DNA of 64,000 nt from an uncultured cyanobacterium (GTDB lineage: Bacteria; Cyanobacteriota; Cyanobacteriia; Cyanobacteriales; CAWCAG01), in the NCBI GenBank assembly GCA_963793425.1, contig CAWCAG010000009.1, positions 512,001 through 576,000 of the forward strand. Direction: 5' to 3'. The translations under genes and the position numbers were made by a program. The notes beneath the pieces are model-generated. The model did no database searches. It had not been told where the DNA came from and was given only the letters and a program-made list of their open reading frames with translations. Shown here one piece after another: positions 9,975-19,361 of this stretch. How positions within the stretch are numbered: the stretch's first letter is position 1; each line of letters begins with the position of its first letter.

Positions 9975-11339
9975 TTAACTAAATTTAGGTTCATACCCAC
10001 TGATGCTACCATTTTCAATCTCCTCAAAACTGCGGGATCTTTGGGTTTTCAATAGAGAAATATTGGCGGTAAGAAGAAAGCTAGTAAAAGAAGCGATCGC
10101 AACTATGGGCAGAATGGTAGTATCAGAAAGAACAGTAAGAATAACAGTGGTACTGACAGGAGTTTTGGTAACTGCCACATTAACTGCTGCCATAAGACAA
10201 AGCATAGCAATGGTGGGATGAAATTGCGGTAAGGCAATGGAAATTGCTAATCCTAAGTTAGCGCCGATGAAGAATAGAGGGAAGATAAAGCCGCCTCTAA
10301 AGCCACCGTGGAGAGTGAAGCTGATGGCGAACATTTTGGCTACAGCAATGCCTAGCAACATAGTTACCCCCAAAGTCGGCCCCTGTTCAATAACTGTTTC
10401 GATTTGTTCTTCACTAAAGAAGAGAGTTTGGGGAAAAATGAGGGCAATGAGGCCGATGGACAAACCGCCTAAAGTTGCTAGTAAAATATGGCGATGTTCG
10501 ATAGCTTCAATCCAAGATTTAGTGAAACGAAAGATGTAAATAAAGATAATTGCCGCTAGTCCTCCAGCCAAGCCTAAGATAATGCCTTGGAGGAGATGAT
10601 ACCAAGAAAGAGTAGGCAAATTATCAAAAAGATCAAAGCGATAAATACCTCCGACATCTAAACCTGTGCTGAAGCGAAAGACAGAGAAACTAAATATACC
10701 TGCAATAATGGCTGGTACAATGGCTTCATAGTATTCTAAACTACGGCGGTGGGGAATTTCCAATGCAAAAAGCGCTCCCCCAATCGGTGCGCCAAAAAAG
10801 GCTCCTAGGGCAGCACTCATACCGCAAAAGGTGAAGATACGGACATTGTTCACGGCTAGGTTTAACTTCGTTCCCAACCAACTACCCAAACTGCCATTAA
10901 TTTGTACTAAAGGAGCTTCTGGTCCTGCACTACCTCCTGCGGTGATGGAAATTAAGGAGGTGATAATCATTCCAGGTGTTTGCTTGGTATCCATCCTACC
11001 AGGATCATGGACACTATCTATTACCACCGCCATTTCTCCAGGTAATCCTAATAAGTGAAGAGATAAACCAACAAAAAATCCCCCTATTGTAGTAACAATC
11101 CAAACATAATTCCAAGCAGGTAACCAGCTAGGGAAATAAGGGTTTAAAAATTCTGGGAAAGTATGCCAGAAAAAATGCAAAAGTTTTTCCAAAACAAAAT
11201 AATAACTAGTAGCAACTAGTCCCCCAGCAATACCAATTAAGGAAGCTCCCACAATTGTTTGCCAATAGCTTGGTTTTCCTTCTTCATTTGTACTAGTTAG
11301 TTTCTGGCGATAATCGTGGATGATTTCAGTTACCATCAT
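9975..11339 (-). CDS. ClC-family chloride channel/anion-H+ transporter
   Basis: GGSAGPEAP, FGAPIGGALFALE and GGFIFP motifs; ~11 hydrophobic segments; no CBS domains. Confidence 0.9.
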   Translation of the reverse strand: MMVTEIIHDYRQKLTSTNEEGKPSYWQTIVGASLIGIAGGLVATSYYFVLEKLLHFFWHTFPEFLNPYFPSWLPAWNYVWIVTTIGGFFVGLSLHLLGLPGEMAVVIDSVHDPGRMDTKQTPGMIITSLISITAGGSAGPEAPLVQINGSLGSWLGTKLNLAVNNVRIFTFCGMSAALGAFFGAPIGGALFALEIPHRRSLEYYEAIVPAIIAGIFSFSVFRFSTGLDVGGIYRFDLFDNLPTLSWYHLLQGIILGLAGGLAAIIFIYIFRFTKSWIEAIEHRHILLATLGGLSIGLIALIFPQTLFFSEEQIETVIEQGPTLGVTMLLGIAVAKMFAISFTLHGGFRGGFIFPLFFIGANLGLAISIALPQFHPTIAMLCLMAAVNVAVTKTPVSTTVILTVLSDTTILPIVAIASFTSFLLTANISLLKTQRSRSFEEIENGSISGYEPKFS

Positions 11340-11715
11340 TATTTGATTACGTGGATAGATGAGCTATTTTTAGGTATACAGTTATTCTCCCTTTAGTTAA
11401 GAGAGCATTTCTAATCTGCTGGAATAATTATCTTTTACAAGAGAATCAGATAGTTGAAGTTCAGTTTTTGAAAGCAAGCAATGTCAGAATAAAAACTATC
11501 GTAATTAGTCGATTTGCACCAATGAGGCTGACTATAATGGCTGATTGATAGTTAATATTTAGTCATGAAAATAAGTTAGCAAGATTATTCTTTTAATAGT
11601 GTTCTTCACTAACTTTTTTGATTTAATGAGAAATATAAAATGTAAATCACGCATGGCTTTAGCAAATATTCAGCATGACAGTTACTGAAATCGCGGATTT
11701 TACAAGAAACAACAC

Positions 11716-11830
11716 TACAGCCTTTCTCAGACTCATGAAGTACATTTAGTCTATTTCCATATTACCACTAGCTATTAGCTATTAGCAAAAACTAGAATCT
11801 ATGCTCTACCTCATTAGAGAAATTACTATA
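11716..11830. mobile_element. MITE-like dispersed element with imperfect terminal inverted repeats and internal heptamer repeat
   Basis: Ends TACAGCCTTTCTCAGACTCATGAAGTACA and TCTACCTCATTAGAGAAATTACTATA; an inverted partial copy lies at 35939-36006. Confidence 0.55.
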
Positions 11831-11843
11831 CTTCTGTGCTTTA

Positions 11844-13010
11844 TTAGCCAAACTCTTTTAAGCCCTGTAAAACTCCCTTTGCTTCTATACCTTTATTTTG
11901 TACCAAAACTTTAAATCCTCCTAATCCGGTAGGATCAATTAATTGGTGTAAGGCATCACGACGTTGCAATACTTCTTGAAAATTAAATGTACCGTTAGAA
12001 AGTGCTTGCAAACGCTCCCCTAAACCTAACGCCATGAGAAACATCCCTTGTTGAGTTAATCCTACTTTTTGTAAACCAAATAACTCTCCCAAAAATTCCA
12101 AAGCAGTGAAGTTAACGTGGCTAGTAATATCTTGATAACCTAGATTAAGATAAGGGTTATTGTGACGGCGATGTTGATAGTAACATTGCAAAGTTCCTTG
12201 ACTACGTTGAGGGTGATAATATTTAGTAGCATCGTAGCCATAATCGATGGTAATTAAATATCCTTTACTAAGTCTTTTGCTGAGAGTTTCCAACCAATTT
12301 AAAGCTGCTAGATTTACTTCGCTGCGATAACCATCGGCATAAGTTTTGTTACTGAAATTAATATCTAATTGAGTGAAATAGTCGGTTAATTGAGGGGTGG
12401 AAGGGGCTGCGATTATTTCTACTAATTTATTCTCTAATGAAGTCAAGTAAACTTCCTGTAACTTCCCTTCTTGCCAAACAACTTGATGCACAGGAAAAGC
12501 ATCCACTAACTCATTGGAAAAACAACAACCAACTAAGGAATTTTCCGGAATTTCTTGCCAAGTTTTCCAAGCTATATCAACTCCTTTGTCTAACCATGGT
12601 TGCAATAACTCTTGTTGTCTCCCCACTAACCCTGGTGCTTGTTCAATAATAATATAACTAAGCTTTTTGAGTAATTGAGGAACATGATGCTGTAAATAAT
12701 TAAAAACATCTGCGGCCAAAACTCCTTGCCCTGCACCCATTTCTACTAAACTAAAAAATGCAGGTTGACCTAAAATTTCCCAAATCTCAATAAATTGCTT
12801 CCCTAACAACTCTCCAAAATCTGCCCCTAAAGAAGAAGAAGTAAAAAAATCTCCTTGGGAACCAATTTGGACAGTGCCAGAGCTATAGTAGCCATAGTGG
12901 GGATGGTATAGTACCAAATCCATAAACTCAGCGAAAGTAATCCGTTTTTGAGGAGAAGTAGCAATTTGCTTAGTAATTAAGTTTAATAAATGTTGGGAAT
13001 TGGAGTTCAT
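11844..13010 (-). CDS. SAM-dependent methyltransferase, MidA/NDUFAF7 family
   Basis: YGYY...GDFFTS, EMGAGQG, SNELVDAFPV, IDYG and QDITSHVNF motifs. Confidence 0.9.
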   Translation of the reverse strand: MNSNSQHLLNLITKQIATSPQKRITFAEFMDLVLYHPHYGYYSSGTVQIGSQGDFFTSSSLGADFGELLGKQFIEIWEILGQPAFFSLVEMGAGQGVLAADVFNYLQHHVPQLLKKLSYIIIEQAPGLVGRQQELLQPWLDKGVDIAWKTWQEIPENSLVGCCFSNELVDAFPVHQVVWQEGKLQEVYLTSLENKLVEIIAAPSTPQLTDYFTQLDINFSNKTYADGYRSEVNLAALNWLETLSKRLSKGYLITIDYGYDATKYYHPQRSQGTLQCYYQHRRHNNPYLNLGYQDITSHVNFTALEFLGELFGLQKVGLTQQGMFLMALGLGERLQALSNGTFNFQEVLQRRDALHQLIDPTGLGGFKVLVQNKGIEAKGVLQGLKEFG

Positions 13011-13027
13011 TATTAAGGAATCAAATT

Positions 13028-13627
13028 GTGTCTATAGAAGGCTCTTTCGATAAAAATAGCCTAGGTTGGCAGCTAGGAATACTGAGACAAAGATTGGGAG
13101 AATGGTTAGAACTAAATTTTTCCCCTAGATTACCAAATTTTTCCTTACCATCTGGCTCAGTTTCTCCTTTAGTATTAGGATTTATAGAATTTGTGCTTTG
13201 GCTACTTTTAGCTTTAGCGATCGCCTGGACTATTTGGCAACTTTGGTTATTATTAAATCCTTATTTCCAAGACTTTGGCAAGCAAAGGAACAAAAAGACC
13301 CAAAAAGGTCAAAAAGAAGCTTTAGATATTTCTGTTTCTGCTTGGTTAGCAAGGGCGCAAAAAATGCAACAACAAGGAAACTACAAAGAAGCTTGTTTTT
13401 GTCTCTATCAAGCCATGTTAAAGCGGTTAGATGAAAAGGAAATCATCTCTCAAGAATTAAGTCGTACTGATGGGGAATATCGTCAATTAGTTAGGAATAC
13501 TTCTCAACCTGAGCCTTATAATACTTTACTTAATAGTCACGAAGAATTATGTTTCAGTCAAGCCGAAGCTTCTCAAGAGATTTTTGCTGAGTGTAAAGAG
13601 GCTTATGGACAAATAGGTAATAAGTGA
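13028..13627 (+). CDS. DUF4129 domain protein
   Basis: TM helix, then GNYKEACFCLY...SRTDGEY...HEELCF; first gene of the MoxR cluster. Confidence 0.8.
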   Translation: MSIEGSFDKNSLGWQLGILRQRLGEWLELNFSPRLPNFSLPSGSVSPLVLGFIEFVLWLLLALAIAWTIWQLWLLLNPYFQDFGKQRNKKTQKGQKEALDISVSAWLARAQKMQQQGNYKEACFCLYQAMLKRLDEKEIISQELSRTDGEYRQLVRNTSQPEPYNTLLNSHEELCFSQAEASQEIFAECKEAYGQIGNK

Positions 13628-13640
13628 TAGGTAGGATGCT

Positions 13641-14726
13641 ATGTTTTCTCGAAGTAAACTTTGGTTAATCGGTATTATTATTGTTGCTGCGCTAGCCTTG
13701 CTAACTATATTTATTGCCCCCAACAAAAGTACTAGTAATAGCGGTTCTACCTATAGTCGTGATCCTGCTGGTTATGGTGCTTGGTATAGTTTTATGGAAA
13801 ATAAAGGAGTTAATATCGAGCGGTGGCAAAAACCAACATCAACACTATTTGATTCAGAATCTAGCACCCCAACCACCTTATTACAAATTAATAGCCGAAT
13901 ACAACCTCAACCTTATTTAGATAAAGTTATACCCTGGCTCAGAAAAGGCAACACTTTAATAGTTTTAGGTATACAACAACCGGTTACGAAAGCTGAATTT
14001 AGTACCTGGCACAAAACTCCTTCCGGCAGCATTAAAATTGTCACTAGCAGGCGTAATCACAACTTAGAAAATCAGCTTTTAACCGATGATTTTGGAGCGA
14101 TTATTTGGCAACAACCACAGCAAGCAGGACGCATAATTTTTGTCACCACTCCTCATTTAGCTGCTAATGCTTACCAAGACATTGAAGGGAATTATGAACT
14201 ATTAGCTCAATTAGCCACAGAAGGAAGCAAAAAATTATTTGTTGATGAATATCTCCACGGTTATAAAGATGAAGAAGTCATTGAAGAAGAAGCAGGAGGA
14301 AATGTTTTTAGCTACCTGAGCAAAACTCCTTTAGCCGTGGTAGCTATCCAAGCTATAATAATCCTTCTAGTGGCAATTTGGGGTCATAATCGTCGCTTTG
14401 GACAGCCCATAACTATTGAAACTCCTAAAGTTAATAACAGCGAAGCTTATATTAATGCCTTAGCTGGAGTTTTGCAAAAAGCAGGTAGCACCGAATTCGT
14501 GTTTAAGGTTGTTGGGAAAGAAGAACAAATCCAACTACAAAAAGCCTTATTATTGGGGACAACTCCCCTAGAAAAAGAAGCTTTAATCCAAGCTTGGAAA
14601 CAGCAAAAAGGAAGTTCTACTCAAGAATTAAAAGATGTATTAAACTGGCAGAGAAAAAAAGATCGCCTCAAGGAAGCGGACTTGCTACTCTGGTTAGATA
14701 AGTGGGCCAAAATTCGCGCTCAATAA
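13641..14726 (+). CDS. DUF4350 domain protein
   Basis: N-terminal TM, STYSRDPAGYGAW, FVDEYLHGY and RRFG motifs. Confidence 0.8.
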   Translation: MFSRSKLWLIGIIIVAALALLTIFIAPNKSTSNSGSTYSRDPAGYGAWYSFMENKGVNIERWQKPTSTLFDSESSTPTTLLQINSRIQPQPYLDKVIPWLRKGNTLIVLGIQQPVTKAEFSTWHKTPSGSIKIVTSRRNHNLENQLLTDDFGAIIWQQPQQAGRIIFVTTPHLAANAYQDIEGNYELLAQLATEGSKKLFVDEYLHGYKDEEVIEEEAGGNVFSYLSKTPLAVVAIQAIIILLVAIWGHNRRFGQPITIETPKVNNSEAYINALAGVLQKAGSTEFVFKVVGKEEQIQLQKALLLGTTPLEKEALIQAWKQQKGSSTQELKDVLNWQRKKDRLKEADLLLWLDKWAKIRAQ

Positions 14727-14781
14727 CTGTTTACCATCAAATTTTTCCCTCCCTATCCCCCATCTCCCGCTCCCTTCTCTT

Positions 14782-15732
14782 ATGAAACAAGACACCAATC
14801 TATTCAACCGCCTCAGTCAAACTTTGGGTAAAATAATTATCGGTCAATCCGACATCGTAGAACAATTACTTGTGGCGCTGTTGGCTGGGGGTCATGTTAT
14901 TATTGAAGGAGTACCAGGTACAGGGAAAACTTTATTAGTTAAGGTTTTAGCAAGGTTAATTCAAGCAGAATTCCGCCGGGTACAGTTAACCCCGGATATT
15001 TTACCCTCAGATATTATCGGTACAAATATCTTCAACATTAACACCAGTGAATTTAGCCTCAGAAAAGGGCCTGTGTTCACAGAAGTGTTGTTAGCAGACG
15101 AAATTAACCGTACTCCCCCCAAAACTCAAGCTGCTTTATTAGAAGCAATGGAAGAGCAGCAGGTAACTTTGGATGGAGAAACTTTGCCCCTCTCAGAATT
15201 ATTTTGGGTAATTGCCACACAAAACTCCTTAGAATTTGAAGGAACTTACCCCTTGCCAGAAGCACAATTAGACCGCTTTTTGTTTAAGCTAGTGGTGGGT
15301 TATCCTAATCAAGAGGCAGAAAAACAGATGTTGCGTAATGCCCATAAGGGTTTCCGTGCCAAAAGAATTGACTTAGCCCGTCTTAAATCCCTAGCTACGG
15401 TGCAGCAAATCTTAGAAGCAAGGAAAGCTGCCAGGGAAATAGAAGTGAAAGAGAATATTTTTGATTATTTACTTGCTTTAATTGAACGCACTCGTAAACA
15501 TCCTGATTTAGCTTTAGGTGCATCCCCCCGATCTGCTGTCGCTTGGTTACAAACTGCAAAAGCTAAGGCATGGCTAGCAGGAAGAAGCTTTGTTACCCCT
15601 GATGATGTCAAAGATATCGCCCCACCCATTCTTCGTCACCGCCTAATTCTCAAACCAGAAGCGCAGTTAGATGGTTTACAAATGGAAGCAGTGATTGCTT
15701 CTTTACTTAAGCAAGTACCCGTACCAAGGTAG
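14782..15732 (+). CDS. moxR: MoxR family AAA+ ATPase
   Basis: GVPGTGKT, LADEINRTPPKTQAALLEAMEE, EGTYPLPEAQLDRF and GASPR motifs. Confidence 0.95.
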   Translation: MKQDTNLFNRLSQTLGKIIIGQSDIVEQLLVALLAGGHVIIEGVPGTGKTLLVKVLARLIQAEFRRVQLTPDILPSDIIGTNIFNINTSEFSLRKGPVFTEVLLADEINRTPPKTQAALLEAMEEQQVTLDGETLPLSELFWVIATQNSLEFEGTYPLPEAQLDRFLFKLVVGYPNQEAEKQMLRNAHKGFRAKRIDLARLKSLATVQQILEARKAAREIEVKENIFDYLLALIERTRKHPDLALGASPRSAVAWLQTAKAKAWLAGRSFVTPDDVKDIAPPILRHRLILKPEAQLDGLQMEAVIASLLKQVPVPR

Positions 15733-15736
15733 AGTC

Positions 15737-15769
15737 AATGATAAATGATAAATGATAAATGATAAATGA
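15737..15769. repeat. Heptamer tandem repeat (AATGATA) x~4.7 between convergent genes
   Basis: Read directly. Confidence 0.92.
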
Positions 15770-15770
15770 A

Positions 15771-16496
15771 TTAAAGGTTCCAACCTCCTGCAACCTCCAA
15801 CACTTGCCCAGTTATATAATCGGCATTGGGGTTAACAAAAAACCAAACAGCATTGGTAAATTCATCAAAAGTTGCTGGACGTTTGGCAGGTAATTGGGGA
15901 ATAAAATCCTCTAAATCCACAGAATTTTCTACTACTCCAGGAGACACCACATTAGCTGTAATATTATCCTCCACAACTTCCTTGGCGAGAGATTTTGTAT
16001 AAATTATAATGCCAGTCTTAGCAATCACATAGGGAGTAATATTTTTCCTTGCTAAGACATGATGGGCGCTAGCAAAACCAAGGTTAATAATCCTTCCCCA
16101 GCCTGCCTTTTTTAAATAAGGGAGCGCCGTTTGAGTTACATAAAAAGTAGCATGAAGATTAGAATCAATAATGCTGTGCCACTCTTCTATTGATACTTCG
16201 CTGGTGATTTTTTCGAGATAATTGCCCACATTATTAACCACCACCGATAGCCCTCCTAAACCCTGAACTGCTTTCTCTATAAGCTTTTCTACTTCTTGGG
16301 GTTTAGTGACATCAGCTTGAAGAGTAATTGCTTTTACCCCTAAATCTCTTGCTTCAGTGCAAGTTTTGTTAGCTTCTTCTTCACTCCTGAGATAATGAAT
16401 TGCTACATCAAAACCCTTACTAGCCAGATCAAGGGCGATCGCCTTACCAATTCCCTTAGCAGATCCCGTTACTAATGCTTTTTTCAGTTTCGCCAT
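15771..16496 (-). CDS. tmpR: SDR oxidoreductase, TmpR-type dihydropteridine/dihydrofolate reductase
   Basis: TGSAKGIG, VAIHY, VNNVGNY, ITPYVIAKTGIIIYTK, PGVVENS and GQVLEVAGGWNL match the Thermus-type TmpR/DHPR family as I recall it. Confidence 0.78.
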   Translation of the reverse strand: MAKLKKALVTGSAKGIGKAIALDLASKGFDVAIHYLRSEEEANKTCTEARDLGVKAITLQADVTKPQEVEKLIEKAVQGLGGLSVVVNNVGNYLEKITSEVSIEEWHSIIDSNLHATFYVTQTALPYLKKAGWGRIINLGFASAHHVLARKNITPYVIAKTGIIIYTKSLAKEVVEDNITANVVSPGVVENSVDLEDFIPQLPAKRPATFDEFTNAVWFFVNPNADYITGQVLEVAGGWNL

Positions 16497-16530
16497 TAAT
16501 AATTACTAATTCTAACATTTACTGACTGAA

Positions 16531-17013
16531 TCATCCAGGATAACTATAGCCATAAACAGGAGAAGTTCCACCCTGAATTTGCAGATAGTCTTCAATAAGA
16601 ATGCGGGTATAACTGTTAAGGGGAAAATCTAAGGCTTGTTGAGGCGTAACCCAAACCCATTCATCAATCTCCTCATTGGGAATCACATTTTCGCTGTAGC
16701 TGAGAGCGTAGTAATTAAGTAAAATAAAATGGGCTTCTTGGTAAAACTGAGGATCAATAACTGCTTCTTGCAACAAAGCAAAACGAACCTCCCTTAACTT
16801 CAATCCCACCTCTTCTTGAAACTCCCGTAATAGAGCAGTTTCTAAATCTTCCCCCCAATCAACCTTTCCCCCTGGAACTCCCCAAGTACCTCGCCACTTG
16901 TGGGTTTTAACAATCAAGACCCTTGCTTCGGGGCTAGTAACAAGCGCTCCTACTGTCGTTAGAGGGAAGCGCTTTTCGACAGAACCTTCTGCCACAGAAC
17001 TTTCATTAGCCAT
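16531..17013 (-). CDS. Nudix hydrolase
   Basis: Nudix box PGGKVDWGEDLETALLREFQEEVGL. Confidence 0.92.
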   Translation of the reverse strand: MANESSVAEGSVEKRFPLTTVGALVTSPEARVLIVKTHKWRGTWGVPGGKVDWGEDLETALLREFQEEVGLKLREVRFALLQEAVIDPQFYQEAHFILLNYYALSYSENVIPNEEIDEWVWVTPQQALDFPLNSYTRILIEDYLQIQGGTSPVYGYSYPG

Positions 17014-18073
17014 GGGCTGAATTGAGAACGTCTTGAAACCACTGCTCTAGCCTATCACCAAATACCTCCAAGGAGTATTCTGCTTCTACTTGTTGGCGAC
17101 AAGCTTTACGCTCTAAAGTATCTACGTTTTGAATAGCTTTAACCAGCCCCTCTACTTGAGCTTGTTCTACTAAAATACCCGTTTCACCATCTTTAATAAT
17201 CTCTCCAGGACCACCCCGATTATAGGTGATCACCGGAACACCACAAGCGAGGGCTTCAATAGCTACCATCCCAAAAGCCTCTACCCAATGGTGAGTCATC
17301 AATAACCCCCGGCATTTCCCCAACTCTTTTTGCAATTGTTCCGTAGGTAGAAAACCCATATATTTAATCTGTGCCTGGGGATAATCTTGGCGAACTTGCT
17401 GCCAATAATCTTGGTTTTGAATATAGCCAAAAATCTTCAAAGTCACCCCTGTCTCTTCCGCCGCCGCCACAGCATCTTCTAACCCCTTCTCCGGGGAAAT
17501 CCGCGCCACCCAAGCTAAGCTATCTCCCGGTTCAGCACAAAACTCATACTTATTAATATCTAACCCTGCACCCAAGCAACGAAACTGCTTCGCCACCGAA
17601 AAAGTAGCAGCTTGGGATCGCGTCAAAGCCCCCAAAGTTCCCGGACACAAAAAAGCCACCTGTTCAATAGCCCGATCCATTATCAATGTCCAAGAACCCA
17701 TATTAACTCGGTGAAGAACAGGACGATGGAAAAAAGGTGCTAAATAAAAAGGTAACCAATCATAGGCAAAATTAATGAGCAAATCATAATTACCTTGGAC
17801 TCGACGGGCATATTCCCACATATTACTCAAAACAGCATTAGGGGGAATAATTACAGGAGCAGTACTATTTTGATTGGGGGCCAGGGGCTGGAAGTTACCT
17901 TCAATTTCCTTAACCGAAATAGACTCTATTCGAGAGCCATAGGGGGCAACAACCTGTAATTCATGCCCTCGCAGTTGCATTTCCTGGGCAATATTAAAAA
18001 TATCTAACCCTACACCCCCTACCTGCCCAGAATGCAAAGAACCAACGGGACTAGCAACGAGTAGTAATCGCAT
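17006..18073 (-). CDS. GT4 glycosyltransferase of the pteridine glycosyltransferase (BGluT/PgtA-like) group, divergent
   Basis: SPVG.L.SG..GGV, NFAYDWLPFYL.PFF, RISPEKGLEDA and WVEAFG.VAIEALACGVPVI match cyanobacterial tetrahydrobiopterin glucosyltransferases. Confidence 0.82.
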   Translation of the reverse strand: MRLLLVASPVGSLHSGQVGGVGLDIFNIAQEMQLRGHELQVVAPYGSRIESISVKEIEGNFQPLAPNQNSTAPVIIPPNAVLSNMWEYARRVQGNYDLLINFAYDWLPFYLAPFFHRPVLHRVNMGSWTLIMDRAIEQVAFLCPGTLGALTRSQAATFSVAKQFRCLGAGLDINKYEFCAEPGDSLAWVARISPEKGLEDAVAAAEETGVTLKIFGYIQNQDYWQQVRQDYPQAQIKYMGFLPTEQLQKELGKCRGLLMTHHWVEAFGMVAIEALACGVPVITYNRGGPGEIIKDGETGILVEQAQVEGLVKAIQNVDTLERKACRQQVEAEYSLEVFGDRLEQWFQDVLNSAHG

Positions 18074-18076
18074 ATC

Positions 18077-18109
18077 AATGTTTAATGTTTAATGTTCAAT
18101 GTTCAATGA
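18077..18109. repeat. Heptamer tandem repeat (AATGTTY) x~4.5 immediately 5' of the glycosyltransferase start
   Basis: AATGTTT AATGTTT AATGTTC AATGTTC AATGA. Confidence 0.85.
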
Positions 18110-18214
18110 TTTCCAACCCTTGCCAATAACCGCTACGATATTATTTACAAGCACATTTATTAGTTCGACGGATTATTCAGACCCTTGATTAAAACTATGT
18201 AAGAGAATACTTTT

Positions 18215-19210
18215 ATGAACTTAGTTGAACTTCAAAATATCCTTGATAATATCTCTTTTGCTGTATTGCTGGTCACAATGCTAGTCTACTGGGTTGGGGC
18301 CGCTTTTCCTAACCTGACCTATTTACCAGCTTTAGGAACGGCCGGTATGGGCATTGCCAATCTTTGCATAGCCGCATTACTTAGCGCCCGTTGGCTAGAA
18401 GCGGGCTACTTTCCTTTAAGTAATCTTTATGAATCCTTATTTTTCCTCACTTGGGGCATAACAACCATTCATTTTATTGCCCAAAGAATGAGTCGTAGTA
18501 ACTTAGTAGGAGTCTTTACAGCCCCCCTAGCCATGGGTATAGCTGCTTTTGCTGCCTTAACCTTACCAGCCCAACTGCAAGGGGCAGAACCTTTAGTTCC
18601 GGCTTTAAAATCCAACTGGTTAATGATGCACGTTAGTGTCATGATGCTTAGCTACGCCACCTTAATGGTGGGTTCTTTACTTGCGATCGCCTTTTTAATC
18701 GTTACTCGTGGCGAAAAAGTGGAACTCCGGGGTAGTTCTGTGGGTACTGGAGGCTATCGTAATTCTGCCTTTTTCAAACCAGTCACTGCAACCCAAGATA
18801 ATCTTGCCTTAGAAGGTAGTAGTAGTGGCAATACAGCAGTTATGGAGCGAGTTAACCAAACTGTCACACCAAGCCTTTCTCCCCAACGCTTGAGCCTTGC
18901 TGACACCTTAGATAATATTAGCTACCGGATCATCGGCTTAGGATTCCCCCTACTAACTATTGGTATCATTGCCGGAGCAGTTTGGGCTAATGAAGCTTGG
19001 GGTTCTTATTGGAGTTGGGACCCCAAAGAAACCTGGGCATTAATCACTTGGTTAATTTTTGCTGCTTATTTGCACTCCCGTATCACCCGTGGTTGGCAAG
19101 GTAGAAAACCAGCTATACTTGCAGCCACAGGCTTTTTTGTCGTTTGGATCTGTTATCTAGGGGTAAATTTATTAGGTAAGGGACTACACTCCTACGGCTG
19201 GTTTTTCTAA
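18215..19210 (+). CDS. ccsB: Cytochrome c biogenesis protein CcsB/CcsA (system II)
   Basis: [21 protein letters not shown] and the WWD domain [19 protein letters not shown]-terminal GLHSYG. Confidence 0.96.
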   Translation: MNLVELQNILDNISFAVLLVTMLVYWVGAAFPNLTYLPALGTAGMGIANLCIAALLSARWLEAGYFPLSNLYESLFFLTWGITTIHFIAQRMSRSNLVGVFTAPLAMGIAAFAALTLPAQLQGAEPLVPALKSNWLMMHVSVMMLSYATLMVGSLLAIAFLIVTRGEKVELRGSSVGTGGYRNSAFFKPVTATQDNLALEGSSSGNTAVMERVNQTVTPSLSPQRLSLADTLDNISYRIIGLGFPLLTIGIIAGAVWANEAWGSYWSWDPKETWALITWLIFAAYLHSRITRGWQGRKPAILAATGFFVVWICYLGVNLLGKGLHSYGWFF

Positions 19211-19361
19211 ACATTTTGGGCAAGATGGAGATAATTAAGTTATAAATTATGAATTATTTTGCTTTGCTAATACTATGCTTGAGGTTCATAATTTAGCATT
19301 TTCTTTAAATGGTTTTAGTCTCTTTTGAGGGTTACTGAGCTAATCTAAGCAATAATAAACA

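Noticed and set aside
11481..11520. Possible metallophosphoesterase remnant (IVIS/DLH)
   Set aside because: It needs two frameshifts in 40 nt and no downstream motifs are recognisable.
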